A DNA stretch of 64,000 nucleotides from Candidatus Bathyarchaeota archaeon (GTDB lineage Archaea > Thermoproteota > Bathyarchaeia > 40CM-2-53-6 > RBG-13-38-9), in contig CAWECG010000005.1 in assembly GCA_963807605.1 (NCBI GenBank), positions 1 to 64,000 on the forward strand, written 5' to 3'. Position numbers and translations under genes: made by a program. This document shows, one piece after another, positions 39,800 to 50,713 of the stretch (its first letter is position 1; each line of letters begins with the position of its first letter). The notes beneath the pieces are model-generated. The model was given only the letters and a program-made list of their open reading frames with translations. It had not been told where the DNA came from and did not search any database.

Positions 39800-42439
39800 G
39801 TGAAGTATCTTACATGTGAACAAAGCAGGGGATTTTCGATAGCGGTCAAGGAATACATAAATGAATTGTCAAGAAGACACGAATATCTTTACGCGGCAGC
39901 AAGTCTCTTAATCGTTACTTCGCTGGTGTATGGAGTAATAGTCTTCTTTGGCTTTAGTCTTTCTGCTGCCACATATAACCCTGGCGTCACGTCCTCCGGA
40001 CCTTATAGCTATGAAGGAAGACGTATCGGGATGCTCCCTGTTGTAGATCCAGCTGCTGAGGGGTACCAGACCCTACCTTTAAAAAAGTTAGTGATGCAGT
40101 ACATACTTCGCGGTAAACTTCCGCTGTGGAATCCTTATCTAGCTGCCGGCACGCCACTTGCAGCAGACACTTCTTTCAGCGCTTATGCGCCTCTTCAATT
40201 TCTCAGTTTCCTTCCAAACCAGCTTTGGGATTTGCTCACTCTTACCAACTTCTGGCTTGCAGGCTTCTTCATGTTCATTTTTCTCAGAGGCCTCAAATTG
40301 AGCAAACACAGCGCCTTCGCCGGAGCTGTTTTTTATATGTTATCAGGATCATTCACATTGTACCCAAATATGTCTTGGATAAATGTGATCGTTTTTACTC
40401 CGCTTCTCTTGTTTTACACTGAAAAACTTGCTCAGAGAGCTTGCATAGAATACATCACTCTGACTAGTATAGTTGTAGCTATTTGCATTCTAGGCGGATT
40501 CCTAGAAGTGATAGCTCTCCAACTCACACTAGCAGTTCTCTATTTACTCTTCAGAACCTTCGAAGCTCGAAGAGAACATTTTTGGAAAGCTCCTGTTGCA
40601 TTCACATCATCACTTATCCTAGGTTTTGGGTTATCCGCATTTTTCACGATACCAATCTTGGAATATATTTCATACTCATTTAATGCGCATAGCACAGGAA
40701 TTGGTTTAGCAGCCGCTCCAGCCCTCATTGCAATCACTTATTTCATCCCATATTTCATAGGTGGAGTACAATCTTATTGGACAGAAGCATTTCGCGCAAC
40801 AGGGAATCCTTGGGATATAGTTACTGGCTATGTGGGTGTTACCTGTTTATTTCTGTTGTCGCTTGGAGTGATATCATTGTTTAATAAGAAGTGCAAGATA
40901 GAAAATAAGCGTCTTGTTATCTTCTTTATGATTGCGGGAATAGTTGCTCTGCTCAAAACATTTGGAGCCCCGCTGGTCAATTGGGTCGGTTATCTTCCAG
41001 TCCTAGACCGAGTATTATTTCCTCGATACTCTGGGACGATATGGGTTTTTTGTTTCGCTGCGACTGCAGCTTATGGCGTGGAGGCACTCACCTCACACCA
41101 GACAAGGCTCAAACATGTCTTGATGGCTTCTGCAGTGACCATTTTGACCGTGATATTTCTTGTCTCCTTTAATATTCCATTTTTCGTCGATGTAGCCTCG
41201 ATCGCGTACTATTATCCTTCTTGGAGATTATTGGAAGGTTTTCTGTTTCTATTCGCGATCACAATGTGTTCTACAAAAATTTGCCAGAAGCAAGACTCGA
41301 GCCAGTTCCTTGGCTTAGCGAGTATCATCATACTTGAAATGTCCTTGCATATTCCTCTGGCTCTACCTTATTCCTTCGAAGCGTGCCGTTCTCTATTTAT
41401 TCTCTCGATGACATTATGCTTAGCTGGGTGGATTTTAACAAGCGATATACACTTCACGTTTTCTCTGAGAGGCGTCAGAGTTTCAAGAACCGTCATCATG
41501 ATTTTCATCCTCTCCGTCGCTTTGTTTGGTCAGATGATTATAGCTGCCACTAGTCCCTTCGGCCTACCACGACAATACGATGCCTTTAAGACAGCTCCTT
41601 ATCTTCAGTTTCTAGGTGAAAATGCAGGATTTTCAAGAGTGTATTCACTTGACGGCGTACTTGCTCCGAACTTCGCAGGCGTTTTCGGATTATATCATAT
41701 AGGGATAATGTCAGGCATCAATATCAATTCATTCCATAGTTTCGTACTCAATAATCTTGATTCACGATCTGTTACACCAATGTTTACGGGCGCATTTAGA
41801 TTACCTGGTACCAGCTCTGTTGATGAGCTGAGGACTAACGAAAGGTTCTATAGTTTTCTCGGTGTCAAATATGTAGTTACAAATGGTACAGATCTATCTC
41901 ACATGTTTCAGCTTGTCTATAGCGATGGAATCGCTAATATCTACGAGAATCCTAACGTCTTTCCACGAGCCTTTATAGTTCACAGATACCAAGTGGCTTC
42001 TTCCTTTGAAGAAGCCCAAGACATACTAAAGAATCCGAATTTCAACCTAAGAGAGAAGGTTATTTTGGAAGGAAGCTTGCCAGAAATCGGAGTGAATGCT
42101 CTGGAACAGACGCCTTTGGCGGACAGCTCCACAGCTAAAATAGAATGTTACGAACCGGACAGGGTTTTCATTAAAGCCTTCGCCGAACATCCCGAGATAC
42201 TAATCCTTACTGATACCTTCTATCCAGGATGGGAGGCACATGTAGACGGAGTGCCAACAACCATCTACCGAGTAGACGGTCTTGTGAGAGCTGTATATCT
42301 GAGCAAGGGAGAACACACGGTAGAATTCATCTACTTCCCTGAATCGTTTAAAATTGGTTTAACGATTAGTGTCATCTCGGCTATCACCTTGATTATGCTG
42401 CTACTCATCGACAAATTCAAGTTGCAAAAATATGCTTGA
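39800..42439 (+). CDS. YfhO-family GT-C membrane protein
   Basis: PLWNPYLAAGTPLAAD, many TMs, FPRAFIV, LTDTFYPGWEAHVDG, GEHTVEF. Confidence 0.88.
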   Translation: MKYLTCEQSRGFSIAVKEYINELSRRHEYLYAAASLLIVTSLVYGVIVFFGFSLSAATYNPGVTSSGPYSYEGRRIGMLPVVDPAAEGYQTLPLKKLVMQYILRGKLPLWNPYLAAGTPLAADTSFSAYAPLQFLSFLPNQLWDLLTLTNFWLAGFFMFIFLRGLKLSKHSAFAGAVFYMLSGSFTLYPNMSWINVIVFTPLLLFYTEKLAQRACIEYITLTSIVVAICILGGFLEVIALQLTLAVLYLLFRTFEARREHFWKAPVAFTSSLILGFGLSAFFTIPILEYISYSFNAHSTGIGLAAAPALIAITYFIPYFIGGVQSYWTEAFRATGNPWDIVTGYVGVTCLFLLSLGVISLFNKKCKIENKRLVIFFMIAGIVALLKTFGAPLVNWVGYLPVLDRVLFPRYSGTIWVFCFAATAAYGVEALTSHQTRLKHVLMASAVTILTVIFLVSFNIPFFVDVASIAYYYPSWRLLEGFLFLFAITMCSTKICQKQDSSQFLGLASIIILEMSLHIPLALPYSFEACRSLFILSMTLCLAGWILTSDIHFTFSLRGVRVSRTVIMIFILSVALFGQMIIAATSPFGLPRQYDAFKTAPYLQFLGENAGFSRVYSLDGVLAPNFAGVFGLYHIGIMSGININSFHSFVLNNLDSRSVTPMFTGAFRLPGTSSVDELRTNERFYSFLGVKYVVTNGTDLSHMFQLVYSDGIANIYENPNVFPRAFIVHRYQVASSFEEAQDILKNPNFNLREKVILEGSLPEIGVNALEQTPLADSSTAKIECYEPDRVFIKAFAEHPEILILTDTFYPGWEAHVDGVPTTIYRVDGLVRAVYLSKGEHTVEFIYFPESFKIGLTISVISAITLIMLLLIDKFKLQKYA

Positions 42440-42565
42440 GGTTCTAGAGGCGGAAGGCAAATAATTAGATCTTGCTATAATCCGATAAATGATCTCACCC
42501 GTTTGCTTATCACATACAGGATGCTGTAACGATTTTAGTTCGGCGCTTGGACACTATTCAACGTT

Positions 42566-43049
42566 GCGCGCGAGACCAGGAGTATCCCTTCCAAGATTGT
42601 TATCATAAGCGACATATATCAGTACAGTCCATTGTCTGGAAGGAGGATTTGGGGCAAAATTGGCGGTTAGTGTTCCAGGCCCATTCACAGTCAAAGTAGT
42701 CGGACTTACTGTCAAGCTCGTAACACTAAGCATTCCGGATACAGAGCAAGAAGTAAAGTGATAATTTGTTGGCGGATTGGCCGTAATAGTCACCGTGTTA
42801 CCGTAGTTTGGAGGCAGACTTCCCTCCCATCGCGTTTGACCATGCGTATAGGTGTTGCTGCTACCATGTGATCGATCGACCACTGGAAGGATTCGTATTG
42901 GTGATACCAGAGCTGCATACTCTCCAATAATCCAACCGTTCCCATTCACATCCATCGTTGTAGGATTCGCGGCAACGTTCGGAACATAAACCCTTGTTGG
43001 CTAGCTTCCACCACCAGGATTCCGGTTATCATATGTCCAGCGCGCGCTT
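42566..43049 (-). pseudogene. Fragment of a surface protein (InlB-B-like repeat plus start of a clostripain/C11 domain)
   Basis: VTITANPPTNYHFTS...TLTANF, then QWTVLIYVAYDNNL, truncated; internal stop near 43001. Confidence 0.6.
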
Positions 43050-43250
43050 GCCAAATTATGAGAATAGGCTCAAGAAAACACCGATTATTTTGTAGCGACC
43101 GCAGCAAATGTCCAAATATTTTCTGGCCATTCATCAGATATGACTACTAGGTCTAAGATCTGGTGGTGTCCCAACAATTTTTAGGATAATAGCTATCGAC
43201 ATCAGTCTCATCAATTAGGACGGAACTGAAAAGCATATTTCTGCACCCGC

Positions 43251-45020
43251 TTACTTTCTCCCCTCTTGTTGTCTTTTTGGATCAGTAGCTACCTCTCCCA
43301 AGATATTGACGCGCGCGTACGTAAACGAATCTTGTGATTGCGAAATCGAGTATAAGGTGGGCTTTGCATAAATCCTGATGTTCATCAGGCCTGCATCGGT
43401 ACTAAGCAGGGTCTGCAGCTTCGAGAAATCCATGCGTGCTAGGCTAGGTGCGTCGAAGAAGTTGATCATGGGCATGTCATTCCTAAAGCTAGCTATAAGA
43501 ATCATTTGAGAGATGCATGACGTGATTCGTCCATATTGCGAGCTCACGCTGGCCAAGTAATCCAGGACAACAAAGTCTGCATGATCGATTCCATCAATGG
43601 CGCGCTCGGATGGATCATCAAAGGTTACGTTGATATTCTTCTCACTTAGTCTCAGATATGTGAGCAATACTTCTTGAGTCTTTATCCAGACGGAGGCTCC
43701 TTCAGGAACATGCGCCAAGATGAATTCCGCCGCGTTCCGATATCCAGAGTGTGGGTTTGTTACGACAGACAGGGAGGACGGCAGGATTGTGACAATCAGA
43801 CTAATGACGAGGATTGTCTTTGATACCCGTCCGAACCTGTGAGTCCTGAAATGAACCTGACCAAGCTTGTCTATCTCTCTCGCAAGCGACACTGTACCAC
43901 GAGCTGAGAGTATTGCAATTGGCACCAGTGCCGGAAGAATTACGCGAGCGTATGGTGGCCATAAAGACGAGAAATACACAAAAAATGTGGAGAACCATAT
44001 AATTAGGAGGATGTCGTCAACGCTCCTCTTGACTATCCCCCTTGCACCACCCACCACAGCAAGTGCTAGAACTGGGACGGCAACAGAACCTAGTAGGACT
44101 CTCAAATAGAAATCAGCGGTCACAAAGGGTTGGAGGTTGTTTATCATTGCTTTTGTCGGCAAAACCACGTCATTTAGGAAGATGAATCCGTGAGCGACTC
44201 GTGATGGAATGTTTAACATCATAGCAAGGAAGGCATTCAAATCTGTGTAGGGGAATGGTTCGGCGATGTAAGCTAGAAACAGCAATACGAATACGAAGAA
44301 GGGGGCAGCTGACAGCCAAAGTCCAGAAATTGCTCGCGCTAATCGTCGACTCGCACGTGTAACGAGCATATGAATATGGAGGCCGTTCTTCCAACTATCT
44401 GAAACCGCGAAGATTGGTAGGAAAACCAAGATTACGATTAACGCTTGGAAGCCATAATACTTGGTCGCAGTTGCCAGAGCTAGCAGAATCCCCCCCATCA
44501 AATAGATTGAGTTCTTTTGCTTGGCAATGGCCTGCGCGTATACGAAGATCGTGCAACTGACGAACAATGTGAAGACCATGTCGGCTAGTGCCATTCTAGC
44601 GAAGAGAAGAAAAAAACCAGTGCTCGTCAGGATGGTGGTAGCGACTGCGGCTGTTGTCAAATCATATGTGTTCCTAGTCCACACAAACGTCACAATGCAC
44701 AAGAGGAGCGCTGCTATGCCAGATGTCGCCACTGCCACGTAATCATGCACTCCGAACATTCTAAACATGATCGACACGATCAAAGAGAAGAGACCCGGAT
44801 CGTAGAACAAAAAGATCCCTCGCCCGAGGCCGCCGAAAGCAAGTGCAGACTCAACCCAGTAGAATTCATCCCAATGACAGAGACCATTCGCCGCGAAATT
44901 CCAGAAAATCATTAGGCCAGCCAGAACAAAAGGGCCGGCTACGCAGGAGATCTCAATTAAGGAAGACCTTTGAGTAATCACAACCCACCGGCTTCGAAAA
45001 TCCCTTCGCATGTCAACCAC
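43251..45020 (-). CDS. ArnT/PMT-like GT-C glycosyltransferase (GT39/GT83)
   Basis: HWDEFYW, YDPGLF, ARMALAD, ATKYYG, multi-TM, and ARVILPALVP. Confidence 0.82.
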   Translation of the reverse strand: MVDMRRDFRSRWVVITQRSSLIEISCVAGPFVLAGLMIFWNFAANGLCHWDEFYWVESALAFGGLGRGIFLFYDPGLFSLIVSIMFRMFGVHDYVAVATSGIAALLLCIVTFVWTRNTYDLTTAAVATTILTSTGFFLLFARMALADMVFTLFVSCTIFVYAQAIAKQKNSIYLMGGILLALATATKYYGFQALIVILVFLPIFAVSDSWKNGLHIHMLVTRASRRLARAISGLWLSAAPFFVFVLLFLAYIAEPFPYTDLNAFLAMMLNIPSRVAHGFIFLNDVVLPTKAMINNLQPFVTADFYLRVLLGSVAVPVLALAVVGGARGIVKRSVDDILLIIWFSTFFVYFSSLWPPYARVILPALVPIAILSARGTVSLAREIDKLGQVHFRTHRFGRVSKTILVISLIVTILPSSLSVVTNPHSGYRNAAEFILAHVPEGASVWIKTQEVLLTYLRLSEKNINVTFDDPSERAIDGIDHADFVVLDYLASVSSQYGRITSCISQMILIASFRNDMPMINFFDAPSLARMDFSKLQTLLSTDAGLMNIRIYAKPTLYSISQSQDSFTYARVNILGEVATDPKRQQEGRK

Positions 45021-45069
45021 ACACGATCACAAATCCTATTAAATAGGACTAAGGACCGAATAGCGCCTT

Positions 45070-45774
45070 GTGCTAATAAAGACGAACGACGGAATCAGAT
45101 CGCGAGCATTGATACTAACCACTATGAACGAAGCCGAGGGTCTGCATGCTATTTGGGATCAGATTCCATTTTACCTGTTTACTCGCGTGGTTGTTGTAGA
45201 TGGTTCGTCGACAGATGGAACTCTTGAATTCCTAGCTGACAAGAGATGTGAGCTATTTTCTCAGAAATCACCAGGCAGAGGGAATGCGATCAGAGAGGCA
45301 ATGGATCGTATAACAGAGAAAGTTGTTGTGCTGATGGCTTCCGATGGAAATGACAATCCTACATACATACCTCATTTATTATCTAAACTTGAAGAAGGAT
45401 ATGACCTTGTGTCTGGTTCAAGGTTCGCCAAGGGAGGAGAAAGCGATGACAGCGATGATCCTGTAAGGATAAGAAAACTTGGAAACAGACTGTTCACGAT
45501 GCTAGTGAACTTCTTCTGGAATGGTCACTTGACTGACGCAGCATACGGTCTAAGAGCTTTCCGAACTGAAGCTTGGCGACAGATGAGAGTAAAGGTTGCA
45601 AAGAATGAGACGGAATTTCTTATGAGCATCCGTGGAGCAAAGCTAAGGCTTCGGACTTGTCAGATACCTGTTGTTGAAGGAACTCGTCGAGGAGGAAAAG
45701 TGAAGGCGAAGACGGTGTTGAACAGGTTATTCGCTACTCAGACTGCTTGTCTCCGAGATTATTCGAGGGAATGA
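45070..45774 (+). CDS. DPM1-like GT2 (polyprenyl-phosphate sugar synthase); possible C-terminal frameshift
   Basis: TMNEAEG, VDGSSTDGT, GRGNAIR, SDG, VSGSRF, TDAAYGLRAF. Confidence 0.8.
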   Translation: MLIKTNDGIRSRALILTTMNEAEGLHAIWDQIPFYLFTRVVVVDGSSTDGTLEFLADKRCELFSQKSPGRGNAIREAMDRITEKVVVLMASDGNDNPTYIPHLLSKLEEGYDLVSGSRFAKGGESDDSDDPVRIRKLGNRLFTMLVNFFWNGHLTDAAYGLRAFRTEAWRQMRVKVAKNETEFLMSIRGAKLRLRTCQIPVVEGTRRGGKVKAKTVLNRLFATQTACLRDYSRE

Positions 45775-45816
45775 CTTCTAACAATCGTTTTTCCTAACCA
45801 AGTGAGGCGTGTCTTA

Positions 45817-46833
45817 CTACCTTCTGTACCATGACACTGCACCCTTGAACGGTGTTTTGAACTTGATCTTGTTTTGTGTTATCCATTCTACAGTGAGTCG
45901 CAGCCCAACTTCAAGTGGCACTTCAGGCGTCCATTCCAGAAGCTTCTTCGCTTTGGAATTATCGCAAATCAGTCTGTTTACATCGAAAGGTCGTACTCTG
46001 GAAACATCGTGTTCAAGAGCAAAGTCGGTTTTGATGAGTTGAGCGATCAGTTTCGCTAATTCTTGGATTCTTATCTCTGTTCCTGAGCCGATGTTTATTA
46101 CTTCACCTATCGCAGCCTTACTAAGCGATCCCATCATAATTGCCCGAGCAGTATCTTCTACAAAGGTAAAGTCCCTTGAACTTTCCGCATTTCCCAATCT
46201 GAGACACCCCTTGCCTTCGAGTAGTTGAATCGTTATCTCTGGAATTATGTATGGTTGAGTTATTCTTGGACCGTAGCTGTTGAAAGGTCTGAGAATCACT
46301 ACAGGGAAATCCTGTTCTTTATGCAACGTGAATACTGCTCTGTCTGCAGCAAGCTTACTGACAGCATATGTAGAGTGAGGTTGAGTAGGATGGTTCTCAT
46401 CCATAGGTATCCTTTGCGCAGTCCCATAGACCTCTGATGATGAGACGTACACGAAACGCTCCACGCATTCTGAGTTGATGGCTTGCCACAAGAGGTTTAG
46501 GGAGCCTTCGGTGTTCACCCTGAAGAATTCCTGTGGGTTGACGAAGGAATCCGGTATGAAAGGCAGAGCTGCAAGATGATATACGATTTCATGATCTTTT
46601 ATGCACCGCGAAACCTTGTGCTTGTCGCAAATGTCCACGTTCGCAATCTTCACGGGCAGATCTCTGATATACTCCTTCTTACCCGATGCAAAATTATCTA
46701 GAACCGTCACCTTGGAGCCGACGCTTACCAATTGTCTCGTGAGCGCAGATCCAATAAATCCTGCTCCGCCCGTCACAAGAACTCGGCGATCTATCAACTG
46801 CTTATATGACATAGAGACTCGCGAGTTGGTCAA
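45817..46833 (-). CDS. NAD-dependent nucleotide-sugar 4,6-dehydratase/epimerase
   Basis: TGGAGFIGS, SSSEVYG, YAVSK, RPFNSYGP, RDFTFV. Confidence 0.9.
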   Translation of the reverse strand: MTNSRVSMSYKQLIDRRVLVTGGAGFIGSALTRQLVSVGSKVTVLDNFASGKKEYIRDLPVKIANVDICDKHKVSRCIKDHEIVYHLAALPFIPDSFVNPQEFFRVNTEGSLNLLWQAINSECVERFVYVSSSEVYGTAQRIPMDENHPTQPHSTYAVSKLAADRAVFTLHKEQDFPVVILRPFNSYGPRITQPYIIPEITIQLLEGKGCLRLGNAESSRDFTFVEDTARAIMMGSLSKAAIGEVINIGSGTEIRIQELAKLIAQLIKTDFALEHDVSRVRPFDVNRLICDNSKAKKLLEWTPEVPLEVGLRLTVEWITQNKIKFKTPFKGAVSWYRR

Positions 46834-46865
46834 CTTCCAACTATTTATATCTACTCACGCTATCA

Positions 46866-47612
46866 TTGAAATTGACAATCCGACAGGAACAGGATGCAAT
46901 GCGCAAGCCAAGTCTAAGATTGTACATCCCAGATCGTGACACACTAGCTGAACTCAGGGTTTTCGACAAAGAAAAATTCGCTGACGCCCTATGGGCTTAC
47001 GTAGATGCCCCATTCATAATCAGGAAATTGTACATAAGTCGACTTTTGAACACACTGAAAATGATCCCAGAGAGGGCCTCCCCACGAATCCTAGAAATCG
47101 GCGCCGGATCGGGTATCCTGATGTGTTCCTTGAAGGCGGTAGGCGATCTTGTAGTTGGTGTCGATTCATCTGATCATCTTGCATCTGTTCGACGAATAAT
47201 GAAGCAATCGGGCTTCGACCTCGATCTGGTTAGGAGCGACGTAACGTATTTGCCTTTTAGAGAAGGGTCGATTGATTTGACTGTGGGAGTCAGCGTATTG
47301 GAGCATGTCCCGCCAGAAAATCTACGTGGTGTCATGGAAGAGATCAATACCGTTCTATCATCTTCTGGCTACTTCGTTTTGGGATACCCCATTGAAAGCC
47401 TTCTCGTGAGAGTATTCTTCCGAAGCATTGGTTTTGATTTCGTTGCGCATCACAGCTCGAAGGCGCATGAGATTCGAAAAGCAATGCTAGATGTCTTCGG
47501 CAGAATTGTCAAGGAGAAACGGATGCCACTTGGTTGGCTACCTAGCACGGTCTCATTCTACGAGACTGTCTTGGTCGGCAAGAGTTTGAATGTTGGACAA
47601 CTGATTGAGTGA
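46866..47612 (+). CDS. Class I SAM-dependent methyltransferase
   Basis: ILEIGAGSG, LPFREGSID, SVLEHV. Confidence 0.88.
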   Translation: MKLTIRQEQDAMRKPSLRLYIPDRDTLAELRVFDKEKFADALWAYVDAPFIIRKLYISRLLNTLKMIPERASPRILEIGAGSGILMCSLKAVGDLVVGVDSSDHLASVRRIMKQSGFDLDLVRSDVTYLPFREGSIDLTVGVSVLEHVPPENLRGVMEEINTVLSSSGYFVLGYPIESLLVRVFFRSIGFDFVAHHSSKAHEIRKAMLDVFGRIVKEKRMPLGWLPSTVSFYETVLVGKSLNVGQLIE

Positions 47613-48572
<960 letters not shown>

Positions 48573-48616
48573 GCATTCTATACTTACGCAGCCACTCTGC
48601 CGAACGATGATGGGCC

Positions 48617-49294
48617 TCATGTGTCGTGAAATCTTTCCCTTAACAGCGCAATAACTGCTTTCAATCCTTGTGAGACAGCGGGTAGCTTGCTCACGCCTGT
48701 CTTCCGTCCTCTGTCCTTGCAGGGAACTTCTGTGATCCGGTATCGGTTCTTCTTGGCCATCGCGTAGATGACTGGCTCGTATCCAAATCCAGTCCTCATA
48801 AAGTCCAAGTTAAGTATAGCGCTACGTCTGAAGGCGTTGAAACCACAAGTGACATCTGTGAATGTTGCCATGTAGATTAAATCCGTAAAAAGTGTGAGCA
48901 CAATGTTCAGGTATTGGCGATGAAACGACATCCTTGGTGAGCCGGCCAAGAACCTTGAGCCCTTCGCAATATCATTCTTTTTCATAATTGCCTCTACAAA
49001 CTTCGGAATTTCGGATGGATCTGAAGAGCCATCACTGTCAAGGGTAACTATGATATCGCCTGTCGCCGCTTCTATTCCCTGGCGCAAGGCAACAGCTTTG
49101 CCTCTCCCGCGTTGAATGATCACTTTTGCATCTGAACGGGTTTTCCTCGCTATTTCGAGAGTTCTGTCTTTGGAGTGACCATCTACAATAATTATTTCGA
49201 AGACTGAATCAGGTATATTCTTCAGCGTTTCGTAGATGCTCTTTTCCTCGTTCAGAGTGCACACGACCACTGAGACGAGGACAGGGTAATGCAT
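48617..49294 (-). CDS. DPM1-like GT2 (polyprenyl-phosphate sugar synthase)
   Basis: CTLNEE, VDGHSKD, GKAVAL, LDSDGS, AKGSRF, TDVTCGFNAF. Confidence 0.9.
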   Translation of the reverse strand: MHYPVLVSVVVCTLNEEKSIYETLKNIPDSVFEIIIVDGHSKDRTLEIARKTRSDAKVIIQRGRGKAVALRQGIEAATGDIIVTLDSDGSSDPSEIPKFVEAIMKKNDIAKGSRFLAGSPRMSFHRQYLNIVLTLFTDLIYMATFTDVTCGFNAFRRSAILNLDFMRTGFGYEPVIYAMAKKNRYRITEVPCKDRGRKTGVSKLPAVSQGLKAVIALLRERFHDT

Positions 49295-49365
49295 GGGTCA
49301 GCACTTCAGAATCAGATTGCCAACTCCAGTCTCCCTGGGTAGCAAGAAGTCACAGAATTCATTAA

Positions 49366-50670
49366 TTATGCATCCAGCGAGCCTCTACCTATGCCCACGA
49401 CTCTGAAGTATCCTATTGTTTTACCTCTTTCCAGAAGATTTTGTGTGTCAAGCACTAGAGGATTCCTTATGAGCTTTCTCAGTCTTTCGAAATCAAGGTC
49501 ACCGAATTCAGGTAAGTCGTTCATGATGACTATTGCATCTGCATTCTCGCAAGTTGCATAGGCATCTTCGCACAGAAGAAAGGTCTTTGACTCCAAGTCA
49601 GACTTTGAAACGTTGGGATCGAAAGCCTTGACGAAGGCTCCTTTCTGTTGCATGTCTCTGATGATTTCAAGAGCGGCAGATCTCCTTAGAGTACTGGTTC
49701 CTGACTTGTATGTGAGTCCCAGCACAGCTATGCGTTTACCACTCAGTTCGCCTACCAGTTGCTCGAGCCTATCTATAATTGATGCGTTTTGCCTCTCGTT
49801 GACATCAAGGACCGCATCGATGAGGTCGGTATTGCATCCGTATTCTCCTGCCTTCTCCTGTAGAATTCTCAGATCACGCGCCAATGTTCCGCCAGAGAAT
49901 CCAAGACCCGGCTTAAGCAAAGCCTTTGGGCCGATTCTGGAATCTGATTTTAGTGCCTCCGCTATCTTCAGGGCGTCGGCCCCGACTAAGTCGCAGATGT
50001 TTCCTACTTCGTTAGCAAAACTGATCGATGTAGCCAAGAACGCGTTGAGAGCGTGTTTGGTCATCTCAGCAGAGATCAGATCCATCTCAAAAAATTTTGT
50101 CTCTATGGGTGAGAAGAGCGCCCGGGCCTTAGCCGTTGCTGCTGGGTTGTCGCTACCTATTACTATCATCTCGGGCTTCATGAAGCGCTCAACAGCCTGA
50201 CCGAGTCTCAAGTTCTCTGGAACATAAGCCAAATTAGCTTCCCTAGAACTCCTGCAGAGTAGCGAAGCCATTTTCTTGCATGTTCCAACTGGAACTTGGC
50301 TGCTAACAATGATCGTTGGATTCGACGCGATCTCCTTGAGTCTTTCGGCGGTTTGGAGAATAACTGAAGGATCGACTCTGTCTTTGACATCGAGGGGTGT
50401 GTCGTAGGCAATCACTACATAGTCGGCCATTTCAACTGCTTCTTGCAAGGAGTTGACAAAAACCAGATTACCCCGGTTCACACCGTCCGCCAAAAGGCGG
50501 TCTAGACCGGGCTCAGATATCGGAGGTTTGCCCATCCTCAAGTCTTTGAGAGTTCTGCTACTATCATCTGTTCCTCGTACTACATAACCTAAACTAGCGA
50601 GACAGGCCGAGTAAACGCACCCCATGTGCCACAGCCCTACAACGCATACACGCACATCAGTTGTTCTCAA
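49366..50670 (-). CDS. UDP-glucose/GDP-mannose dehydrogenase family protein, catalytic Cys replaced by Thr
   Basis: GLWHMG, EPGL, PENLRLG, SAEMTKHALNAFLA, GFSGGTLARD, GLTYK. Confidence 0.85.
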   Translation of the reverse strand: MRTTDVRVCVVGLWHMGCVYSACLASLGYVVRGTDDSSRTLKDLRMGKPPISEPGLDRLLADGVNRGNLVFVNSLQEAVEMADYVVIAYDTPLDVKDRVDPSVILQTAERLKEIASNPTIIVSSQVPVGTCKKMASLLCRSSREANLAYVPENLRLGQAVERFMKPEMIVIGSDNPAATAKARALFSPIETKFFEMDLISAEMTKHALNAFLATSISFANEVGNICDLVGADALKIAEALKSDSRIGPKALLKPGLGFSGGTLARDLRILQEKAGEYGCNTDLIDAVLDVNERQNASIIDRLEQLVGELSGKRIAVLGLTYKSGTSTLRRSAALEIIRDMQQKGAFVKAFDPNVSKSDLESKTFLLCEDAYATCENADAIVIMNDLPEFGDLDFERLRKLIRNPLVLDTQNLLERGKTIGYFRVVGIGRGSLDA

Positions 50671-50713
50671 ATCCTATCTTCCGCCAGTCGTGATCAATCA
50701 AGAGATTCTATAA

